Positions 56,772-64,000 of a stretch of 64,000 nt of DNA are shown piece after piece. The notes under the pieces are model-generated. The model worked only from the letters and a program-made list of their open reading frames with translations. It ran no database searches and was not told the origin of the DNA. The stretch is from the NCBI GenBank assembly GCA_023150835.1, contig JAKLKB010000001.1:62001-126000 (forward strand), read 5' to 3'. Position 1 is the first letter of the stretch; each line of letters begins with the position of its first letter. This stretch comes from Myxococcota bacterium. GTDB lineage: Bacteria; Myxococcota_C; UBA6777. Made by a program: the position numbers and the translations under genes.

Positions 56772-56831
56772 ATCTTGATCGTGTTGGTTTTGTGTGGCCG
56801 TAGACGAGAACGTCGGCCACGAGTTCAAGAT
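56772..56831 (+). promoter_or_regulatory. Structured rpsL-rpsG intercistronic RNA (candidate S7 autoregulatory site)
   Basis: ATCTTGA..TCAAGAT outer stem and GTGGCCG..CGGCCAC inner stem, at the position of the S7 operator in E. coli. Confidence 0.4.
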
Positions 56832-56888
56832 GCAGCCCAAAAAACAACAAGCGGATGAGCTGAGAAATAAACGTAGAGGAGACCCCCG

Positions 56889-57359
56889 ATGCCAAGGCGT
56901 AAAGTCGTCCACAAAAAACGAGCCCATGTGGACCCTGTCTTTAAAGACGCGTTGGTGGCCCGTTGTATCGCAAACGTGATGCGCTGCGGCAAGAAGTCTG
57001 TCGCAGAACATATCGTGTATGGTGCATTTGAGATCATCGCAGCGAAAACTCGCCGCGAACCCCTTGAGGTGTTTCGTAAGGCATTGGATAACCTGCGCCC
57101 CCAAGTGGAAGTCAAAAGCCGTCGTGTGGGTGGTTCGACCTATCAAGTTCCGGTCGAAGTACGCGCAGAGCGTCGTACAGCTCTTGCGATCCGTTGGTTG
57201 ATCGGCTATGCAAAACAGCGCAACGAGCGGACCATGCGCGAAAAATTGGCAGGCGAATTGTTGGATGCTTTCAATGATCGCGGTTCTGCTGTGAAAAAAC
57301 GCGAAGACACGCACCGCATGGCCGAAGCGAATAAAGCTTTTGCTCACTATCGTTGGTAG
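56889..57359 (+). CDS. rpsG: 30S ribosomal protein S7
   Basis: [33 protein letters not shown]. Confidence 0.98.
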   Translation: MPRRKVVHKKRAHVDPVFKDALVARCIANVMRCGKKSVAEHIVYGAFEIIAAKTRREPLEVFRKALDNLRPQVEVKSRRVGGSTYQVPVEVRAERRTALAIRWLIGYAKQRNERTMREKLAGELLDAFNDRGSAVKKREDTHRMAEANKAFAHYRW

Positions 57360-57519
57360 GTTTTCCCGCTCGAACGCGAAGTGGGCGAGCGTAAACATCA
57401 GATGGCTTTTCCATCAAGCGAAAGATGTTTGGTTCCTTTCAAAAGCTCCCTGACGTACAAGCGGTGGCTGGTGATTGGACGGAAAACAAAAAGACCCAAG
57501 AAACGACGGAACGAGAAGA

Positions 57520-57831
57520 ATGTACACCACCAAAATTCGGATCTGCCTCAAAGCCTACGATCACAAACTGTTGGATCAGTCGACCCGTGAGATCGTGGAT
57601 ACTGCACGCAAGACGCGTTCCCAAGTCGCCGGCCCGATCCCGTTGCCGACGAAAATCAACCGTTATACGGTGCTGCGTTCGCCGCACGTAGACAAAAAAA
57701 GCCGCGAACAGTTCGAGATTCGTACCCACAAGCGCCTCGTGGAGATCTTGGATCCTACCCAAGACACGCTCGAAGCCTTGATGAAGCTCGATCTGTCGGC
57801 TGGTGTAGACGTAGAAATTAAGCAAGTTTGA
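57520..57831 (+). CDS. rpsJ: 30S ribosomal protein S10
   Basis: [38 protein letters not shown]. Confidence 0.98.
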   Translation: MYTTKIRICLKAYDHKLLDQSTREIVDTARKTRSQVAGPIPLPTKINRYTVLRSPHVDKKSREQFEIRTHKRLVEILDPTQDTLEALMKLDLSAGVDVEIKQV

Positions 57832-57934
57832 CGCCCCTGAGCCTTTCGTTCAGGCGTTTTGAGGCAATGACTCAAGTCCTTCCCCCTGCAAGGATGGACT
57901 CACCCCAACGAAGGTAGAGGAGAGGGGTCAGGCC

Positions 57935-58552
57935 ATGGCAAGTGGACTTATCGGAAAAAAGCTGGGCATGACCCAGATATTCAAAGATGGTCGTCGTGTT
58001 CCAGTGACCGTGATTCAAGCAGGACCGTGTACGGTCTTGCAAAAGAAAACACACAGCAAAGAAGGCTACAACGCAATCCAGTTGGGCTTTGCTGAAAAAG
58101 TTGCAAAACGCTGCAACAAACCCGCCTTAGGCCATTTTAAGAAAGCGGACAAAGGCGCGTTCTACAAGATCGCCGAGTTTCGTGTCGAACAAATCGATAC
58201 GTACGAGGTGGGCCAAGAACTCAAGACAGAAGGTTTTGAAGCAGGCCAACGTATCTCTGTGACCGGGACCAGCAAAGGTCGCGGTTTTCAAGGAGTTGTC
58301 CGTCGTCATGGTTTCCGTGGTGGTCGCGAGACTCACGGTTCGATGACGCACCGTCGCCCTGGTTCGATCGGCCAAAACACCTTCCCTGCGCGCGTTTTCC
58401 CAGGACACCGCATGGGCGGCCACATGGGCAATAAGCGAGTGACGATCCACAATTTGGAGATCGTCGAGGTCGATGCAGAAAACAATTTGCTGCTAGTCAA
58501 GGGTGCAGTACCCGGGGCGAGCAACAACTTTGTGCTGATCCGGCGTAAGTGA
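57935..58552 (+). CDS. rplC: 50S ribosomal protein L3
   Basis: GKKLGMTQIF, SKGRGFQG, HRRPGSIG, VKGAVPG. Confidence 0.98.
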   Translation: MASGLIGKKLGMTQIFKDGRRVPVTVIQAGPCTVLQKKTHSKEGYNAIQLGFAEKVAKRCNKPALGHFKKADKGAFYKIAEFRVEQIDTYEVGQELKTEGFEAGQRISVTGTSKGRGFQGVVRRHGFRGGRETHGSMTHRRPGSIGQNTFPARVFPGHRMGGHMGNKRVTIHNLEIVEVDAENNLLLVKGAVPGASNNFVLIRRK

Positions 58553-58563
58553 GGAAAGAGACG

Positions 58564-59220
58564 ATGGCGACCTTTGATGTCTACAATCAAAATCGAGAAA
58601 AAGTCTCGCAAATCGAGTTGGACGATCGCGTCTTTGGTGCCGAAATCAAAGAACACCTGTTTTGGGAAGCGGTGCGAAACCAACTCGCAAACCGCCGCGC
58701 TGGTACAGCATGTGCGAAGACACGCGCCTACGTAAGCGGTGGTGGTATCAAGCCGTTCCGCCAAAAAGGAACAGGCCGTGCGCGCCAAGGTTCGACGCGT
58801 GCGCATCACATGGTTGGTGGAGCCGTGGTTCATGGCCCCCAGCCCCGTGATTATTCTTACACACTTCCCAAAAAAGTGCGCCAACAAGCGCTATGTGGCG
58901 CGTTATCGCATCTTGCCAAAAACCAGCGACTGACGATTCTTGAAGATCTTGACCTTGCACAGGCCAAGACCAAAGGACTCAAAAGCGTGTTGGAACGTTT
59001 TGGTCTGAATAAAGCGTTGATCGTGGACGAAGAAAACAACAATCTGTTGCTTTCTTGCCGCAACTTGGAAAACTTCCAAACACTTCCTCCGATCGGAGTG
59101 AACGTGTTTGATGTGCTACGTTACGATCATCTGGTGTTGACGCGCCGCGCTGCGGAAGCGCTTGTGGCTCGGTTGACGCGCTCTCGCAAAGCGCAAGAAG
59201 CGGAAAGCAACGAAGGCTGA
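58564..59220 (+). CDS. rplD: 50S ribosomal protein L4
   Basis: KPFRQKGTGRARQGS, HGPQPRDY. Confidence 0.97.
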   Translation: MATFDVYNQNREKVSQIELDDRVFGAEIKEHLFWEAVRNQLANRRAGTACAKTRAYVSGGGIKPFRQKGTGRARQGSTRAHHMVGGAVVHGPQPRDYSYTLPKKVRQQALCGALSHLAKNQRLTILEDLDLAQAKTKGLKSVLERFGLNKALIVDEENNNLLLSCRNLENFQTLPPIGVNVFDVLRYDHLVLTRRAAEALVARLTRSRKAQEAESNEG

Positions 59221-59329
59221 TCTCCTCGGAAGAAGGACGACCGAAACCAAGGACAGGCGTATCCGAAAAAGCCGTTTGAGCGGACAATTCGGACGCCACA
59301 ACAAACGTTGCCTTGCGAAGGAATAGCAA

Positions 59330-59623
59330 ATGAGCAAGTCTCCCTACGAAATTATCAAGCATCCGCTCTTTACGGAGAAAAGCTCTGTGCTGCGTGGTGC
59401 GAACAACCAGGTGAGTTTTATCGTGCGTTTGGACGCCAATAAGATCGAGATCCGCCAAGCGGTGGAGAAGATCTTTGATGTTCGGGTAAAAGACGTGCAA
59501 ACGCTGATCGTGCGCGGCAAGATCAAACGCTTTGGTCGGACGCAAGGAAAGCGCCCGAACCGAAAAAAAGCGATCGTGACCTTGCACGAGGGGCAAAAAA
59601 TCGAGTTCTTCGAAAATACCTGA
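59330..59623 (+). CDS. rplW: 50S ribosomal protein L23
   Basis: [24 protein letters not shown]. Confidence 0.97.
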   Translation: MSKSPYEIIKHPLFTEKSSVLRGANNQVSFIVRLDANKIEIRQAVEKIFDVRVKDVQTLIVRGKIKRFGRTQGKRPNRKKAIVTLHEGQKIEFFENT

Positions 59624-59642
59624 GCAGTACAGGGATAAGATC

Positions 59643-60470
59643 ATGGGCATCAAGAAATATAAACCGACCTCTGCAGGGCGGCGCGGGATGAGCGTGGCAG
59701 ACTTTGCCGAGATCACCAAGTCAAGCCCCGAAAAGCGCCTTCTGGAAACGCTCAATCGTCGCGCTGGTCGCAACAATGAGGGCGAGATCACTTGCCGTCA
59801 TCGTGGCGGTGGTGCCAAGCGCAAGTATCGCGTGATCGACTTCAAGCGCAGCAAGCTTGATGTGCCGGCGCGGGTCGCCGCGATTGAGTACGATCCTAAC
59901 CGAACTTCCCGCATCGCGTTGTTGTTTTACCGCGACGGTGAAAAGAGTTACATTCTCGCTCCCCAAGGCCTCAACGTGGGAGACGAGGTGGTCAGCAGCG
60001 ATAGCGCGGATATCAAACCCGGCAATAGCTTGCCGTTGTCCAACATTCCGACGGGTATCGTGCTTCATAACATCGAGATGAAACCGGGTCGCGGTGGCCA
60101 GCTTGTGCGCAGCGCGGGCGTGGGCGCGATCTTGATGGCGAAAGAAGGCAAGTATGCGCTGCTACGTTTGCCTTCTGGCGAAGTTCGCCAAGTTCCCCAA
60201 CGTTGTCGTGCAACAGTCGGACAAGTTGGAAACATCGACCACTACAACGTTGCGATAGGAAAAGCGGGTCGCTCGCGTTGGCTTGGGCGTCGTCCGAGCG
60301 TTCGGGGTGTCGCGATGAACCCTGTCGATCACCCGATGGGTGGTGGTGAAGGCCGTTCGAGCGGTGGGCGTCATCCTTGTACCCCTTGGGGAAAACCCAC
60401 AAAAGGTTACAAGACTCGCTCTAAGCGAAAGTCGTCCAATAAATACATCGTGACCAAACGCAAGAAGTAA
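59643..60470 (+). CDS. rplB: 50S ribosomal protein L2
   Basis: [23 protein letters not shown]. Confidence 0.98.
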   Translation: MGIKKYKPTSAGRRGMSVADFAEITKSSPEKRLLETLNRRAGRNNEGEITCRHRGGGAKRKYRVIDFKRSKLDVPARVAAIEYDPNRTSRIALLFYRDGEKSYILAPQGLNVGDEVVSSDSADIKPGNSLPLSNIPTGIVLHNIEMKPGRGGQLVRSAGVGAILMAKEGKYALLRLPSGEVRQVPQRCRATVGQVGNIDHYNVAIGKAGRSRWLGRRPSVRGVAMNPVDHPMGGGEGRSSGGRHPCTPWGKPTKGYKTRSKRKSSNKYIVTKRKK

Positions 60471-60491
60471 GCGAAAGAGCTGGAGGAGCCG

Positions 60492-60764
60492 ATGGCACGC
60501 TCGATTCGGAAAGGTCCCTTCGCGGACGAACATCTCCTGAAGAAAGTCCTTCAGGCCAACGAAGAAAGCTCACACAAAGTGATCAAAACGTGGAGCCGCC
60601 GCTCGACGATTCTCCCTGAGTTTGTGGGCCATACGTTCGCTGTTCATAACGGAAAAACGCATACTCCGGTGTACGTGACGGAAAATATGGTAGGGCACAA
60701 GTTGGGCGAATTCGCTCCGAGCCGTACCTTTAAGTCTCACGCCGGAGATCGCAAAGGTCGATAA
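60492..60764 (+). CDS. rpsS: 30S ribosomal protein S19
   Basis: [18 protein letters not shown]. Confidence 0.98.
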   Translation: MARSIRKGPFADEHLLKKVLQANEESSHKVIKTWSRRSTILPEFVGHTFAVHNGKTHTPVYVTENMVGHKLGEFAPSRTFKSHAGDRKGR

Positions 60765-60781
60765 GAGCGGCGGGCTGGAGG

Positions 60782-61213
60782 ATGGGTTCGATGGAAGACA
60801 AAAAGAGTATTCGTACAAAAAAAAGCAAACGCAGCCCACGCCAAGTGCGCAAGCGTCAGCGTCAAGAAAACGGCAAGTTGGATTTTGCGCGCGCCCACCT
60901 CCACTCGGTTCGTGTGGCTCCTCGCAAAGTACGTCTTGTGATTGATCAGATCCGTGGGAAATCCGTGGACGAAGCCATGCGGATCTTGAATTTTTCACCT
61001 CGCAACGCAGCCAAGCCTGTGAGCGTGTTGCTTCAATCCGCGCTCGCAAACGCGGAACAAGAAGGACTAAACCCTGATACCCTCAAAATCTCTGATGCGT
61101 GGGTGGATGGCGGTCCTGTGTTAAAGCGCTTTATGCCACGCGCCATGGGTCGAGCAGCCCGTATCCACAAGCGCACCAGCCACGTGACTGTGGTCTTGAG
61201 AGAAGAGGATTAA
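60782..61213 (+). CDS. rplV: 50S ribosomal protein L22 with basic N-terminal extension
   Basis: APRKVRLV.D.IRG, PRAMGRA..I.KRTSH. The extension depends on the start choice (60782 or 60791). Confidence 0.95.
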   Translation: MGSMEDKKSIRTKKSKRSPRQVRKRQRQENGKLDFARAHLHSVRVAPRKVRLVIDQIRGKSVDEAMRILNFSPRNAAKPVSVLLQSALANAEQEGLNPDTLKISDAWVDGGPVLKRFMPRAMGRAARIHKRTSHVTVVLREED

Positions 61214-61216
61214 GCG

Positions 61217-61870
61217 ATGGGTCAGAAAGTTCATCCCGTTGGGTTTCGTTTGGGCGTGATCCGCTCTTGGAACTCGAACTGGTACGAAGAGAAAAACTAC
61301 GCGCATTGCTTGAAAGAAGATGATATACTTCGCAAGTATGTCAAAAAAGCGTGTGAAAACGCTGGCGTTGCAAAAGTAGAGATCGAGCGTGCGGCCAATA
61401 AGGTCAAGATCAGCATCCACACAGCCCGCCCCGGTATCGTGATCGGCCGAAAAGGTGCTGAGATCGATCGATTGAAAGCTGAGTTGGGAAAACTGACAAG
61501 TTCCGAAGTGATCCTGCACATCGAGGAAGTGCGCAAGCCCGAACTGGATGCTCAACTTGTGGCAGAAACCGTAGCAATGCAGTTGGTTCGTCGTGTCGCT
61601 TTCCGCCGCGCAATGAAAAAAGCGGTCGGTACCGCCATGAAAATGGGCGCGGGCGGCATCCGGATCTGTTGTTCGGGTCGTCTTGGTGGCGCGGAGATGG
61701 CTCGCCAAGAATGGTACCGCGAAGGTCGTGTTCCTCTTCATACGTTGCGTGCAGATATCCAGTACGGTTATGCGATCGCAAAGACGACCTACGGAACTAT
61801 TGGTGTCAAAGTCTGGATCTTCCGTGGGGAAGTCCTGCCAGAGAAGAATCGCGCACCACGCTCTGTCTGA
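61217..61870 (+). CDS. rpsC: 30S ribosomal protein S3
   Basis: [31 protein letters not shown]. Confidence 0.98.
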   Translation: MGQKVHPVGFRLGVIRSWNSNWYEEKNYAHCLKEDDILRKYVKKACENAGVAKVEIERAANKVKISIHTARPGIVIGRKGAEIDRLKAELGKLTSSEVILHIEEVRKPELDAQLVAETVAMQLVRRVAFRRAMKKAVGTAMKMGAGGIRICCSGRLGGAEMARQEWYREGRVPLHTLRADIQYGYAIAKTTYGTIGVKVWIFRGEVLPEKNRAPRSV

Positions 61871-61903
61871 GCGGTTGTGCAAAGAGAATAGGGAGTCGTC
61901 GTC

Positions 61904-62317
61904 ATGCTGTCTCCAAAACGCACCAAATGGCGAAAGCAGCGCAAAGGCCGTGTTACCGGAAATGCAAAGCGCGGAGATTCGCTGAGCTTTGGTGATATTG
62001 GTCTTCAAGCACAAGGTTCAGCGCGCATCACAGCTCGCCAAATCGAAGCAGCGCGTATCGCGATCAATCGCCATATCCGTCGTAGTGGGAAGATGTGGAT
62101 TCGCATTTTTCCTGATCGCTCTGTGACTAAAAAGCCTGCAGAAACACGGATGGGAAAAGGTAAAGGGAACCCTGAATTGTGGGTTGCTGTCGTGAAACCC
62201 GGTCGTGTTATGTACGAATTGGAAGGTGTCTCCGAGGATTTGGCGCGTGAAGCGTTGACCCTTGCGGCTGCCAAGCTCCCCATCCCGACCAAAGTGATTG
62301 TACGGGAGGAGTTTTAA
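61904..62317 (+). CDS. rplP: 50S ribosomal protein L16
   Basis: [20 protein letters not shown]. Confidence 0.98.
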   Translation: MLSPKRTKWRKQRKGRVTGNAKRGDSLSFGDIGLQAQGSARITARQIEAARIAINRHIRRSGKMWIRIFPDRSVTKKPAETRMGKGKGNPELWVAVVKPGRVMYELEGVSEDLAREALTLAAAKLPIPTKVIVREEF

Positions 62318-62320
62318 ATC

Positions 62321-62530
62321 ATGTCCGAACATATCCTAAAAACAGAAGAATTGCGCAATCGTACAGTTGACGAGTTATCCAAACAACTCGTCGAGTTGAA
62401 ACAAGAACTGTTCAATTTGCGCTTCCAACATCACACAGGCCAGCTCGAAAACTTTCGTCGCATTGCCCATGTGAAACGAAATATTGCGCGCCTCAGCACG
62501 ATCTTGCGTGAGCGTGCGCTCCACGCTTGA
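62321..62530 (+). CDS. rpmC: 50S ribosomal protein L29
   Basis: [14 protein letters not shown]...I..VKRNIAR. Confidence 0.96.
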   Translation: MSEHILKTEELRNRTVDELSKQLVELKQELFNLRFQHHTGQLENFRRIAHVKRNIARLSTILRERALHA

Positions 62531-62629
62531 GTCGGGCATCCGCCCAGCCCATCGCGTCTTCCTCCTATCCTTGAGCGCCCACCTCGCAAACGCACAAAAA
62601 AAGCAATGCTTCTTGTGCAAAAATAACTC

Positions 62630-62659
62630 TTGACAGCAGATCAAAGACTGCTGTATAAA
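62630..62659 (+). promoter_or_regulatory. Internal sigma70 promoter upstream of rpsQ
   Basis: TTGACA (62630-35), 18-bp spacer, TATAAA (62654-59), A-tracts upstream. Confidence 0.7.
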
Positions 62660-62820
62660 ACGGCGCTCTTTAAGAGTCCGCTTGATCTTTTGATGCGTCT
62701 TGGCACCTCACAAAGAACGGGTCCACGCAAAACAAGATCCTCCCCAATGTATGGTGCGCATTTCTACGGCAAGACTCGGCCTCTGAACCGAGCAAGCACT
62801 GAAAAGCATAAGGTTTACCG

Positions 62821-63084
62821 ATGAGTGAGCAAAAGGGCAATCGCCGAACCCTAACTGGGATCGTTGTGAGCGACAAAATGGACAAGACGGTGGTGGTTGA
62901 GGTCGAGCGCTTCGTTCAAAACCGCCAATTCAAGAAGTATACGACGCGCCGAAATCGTTATAAAGCGCACGATGAACAAAATCTTTGTCGTGTGGGTGAT
63001 CGTGTCATGATCGAAGAAACGCGCCCGATCAGCCGTGACAAGCGCTGGCGTGTTCAGCGGACGATTGAAAAGTCTCCCGAATAA
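62821..63084 (+). CDS. rpsQ: 30S ribosomal protein S17
   Basis: [27 protein letters not shown]. Confidence 0.98.
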   Translation: MSEQKGNRRTLTGIVVSDKMDKTVVVEVERFVQNRQFKKYTTRRNRYKAHDEQNLCRVGDRVMIEETRPISRDKRWRVQRTIEKSPE

Positions 63085-63119
63085 GCGCCGTTGGCGCGTT
63101 TCGGCGCAGGAGGAGTTCC

Positions 63120-63488
63120 ATGATTCAGATGCAAACCGCGCTCGAGGTCGCAGACAACTCTGGCGCCAAAAAAGTGATGTGCATCAAGGTGTTGGGTGGT
63201 TCAAGAAGACGCTACGCTTCGATCGGTGATGTGATCGTTGTTTCCGTCAAAGAAGCTCTGCCCAACTCAAAAGTAAAAAAAGGTGACGTTCACAAGGCTG
63301 TGGTCGTTCGTACCCGCAAAGAACTTGGACGTCCAGATGGTTCGTACATCCGCTTTGATGAAAATTCAGCGGTGTTGTTGAACAACCAAAATGAGCCGAT
63401 CGGTACGCGTATCTTTGGACCCGTAGCCCGTGAATTGCGCGCAAAACAATTCATGAAGATCGTCTCCTTGGCTCCGGAGGTACTCTAA
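63120..63488 (+). CDS. rplN: 50S ribosomal protein L14
   Basis: [35 protein letters not shown]. Confidence 0.98.
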   Translation: MIQMQTALEVADNSGAKKVMCIKVLGGSRRRYASIGDVIVVSVKEALPNSKVKKGDVHKAVVVRTRKELGRPDGSYIRFDENSAVLLNNQNEPIGTRIFGPVARELRAKQFMKIVSLAPEVL

Positions 63489-63859
63489 TGGCTGCCAAGA
63501 TCCGTAAAGGCGATCTCGTCGAAGTGATTGCGGGTGCATACAAAGACACTCGTGGTCGTGTGATCCGTGTGCAATCTAGTAAAAACCGCGTGTGGGTTGA
63601 AAAGATAAATATCATCAAACGCCACAAGCGCGGCGTGACGGGCCAATCGGAAAGTGAGATCCTGCGTAAGGAAGCCCCGATCGACATCAGCAACGTGATG
63701 ATCGTGGACCCCAAAACCAACGAACCCACCCGTGTCGGTTTTAAATTGGTCTTTGATATCTCTGACGAAGAGCGGCAGCGTCTCGAAGCTGCGGGTACTC
63801 CAGTCAAGCCCTTGAAAAAAGTCCGCTACGCCAAAAAAAGTGGCGAGATCTTGGATTGA
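63488..63859 (+). CDS. rplX: 50S ribosomal protein L24
   Basis: KIRKGD.V.VIAG, EAPIDISNVM, TRVGFK. Confidence 0.96.
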   Translation: MAAKIRKGDLVEVIAGAYKDTRGRVIRVQSSKNRVWVEKINIIKRHKRGVTGQSESEILRKEAPIDISNVMIVDPKTNEPTRVGFKLVFDISDEERQRLEAAGTPVKPLKKVRYAKKSGEILD

Positions 63860-63983
63860 CGCTTCCCGTAAAAGCCGACAGACCACTCTTTTCACGCACG
63901 CAAACTGTGATGCGTCTTTGAGTCGTCTTCGTACCGTGTTCTTTTGATGATTGGACCGGTAATAGAAAGAAACAGGTGACGGT

Positions 63984-64000
63984 ATGGCGAGAGCAATTCC
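63984..64000 (+). CDS. Probable start of 50S ribosomal protein L5 (cut by window edge)
   Basis: ATG with AGGTGA SD in the position where rplE normally lies. Only 5 codons visible, so the call rests on synteny alone. Confidence 0.3.

Overview
Bacterial chromosome segment, most likely Myxococcota: one protein has a MYXO-CTERM-like sorting tail, and there is a Cys-rich lipoprotein and a GYF/TPR membrane protein. 1-30 kb holds metabolic and envelope genes: malate synthase, MlaF-like ATPase, PA14 protein, two YceI proteins, glyoxylate/SSA reductase, archaemetzincin, glycosyltransferase, metY, MAPEG, nicotinamidase-like hydrolase, a 1632-aa surface protein, M20 peptidase, TonB-C protein and an LTD-PLD protein. 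Its intergenic DNA carries a family of ~113-bp miniature inverted-repeat elements with TNA target duplications, including a tandem array and a nested stack after metY. 30.9-41 kb is dnaA-dnaN-recF-glgA converging on a sixA-ppk1-ppx operon whose SixA has a ~380-aa repeat-rich tail. 41-56 kb holds alpha-2-macroglobulin, lgt, two membrane proteins and an AmiC-type amidase. 56-64 kb is a rearranged str/S10/spc ribosomal cluster with no fusA or tuf and an internal promoter before rpsQ. I saw no rRNA, tRNA, CRISPR, transposase or prophage gene. All assignments come from motif recognition by eye; no database search was run.
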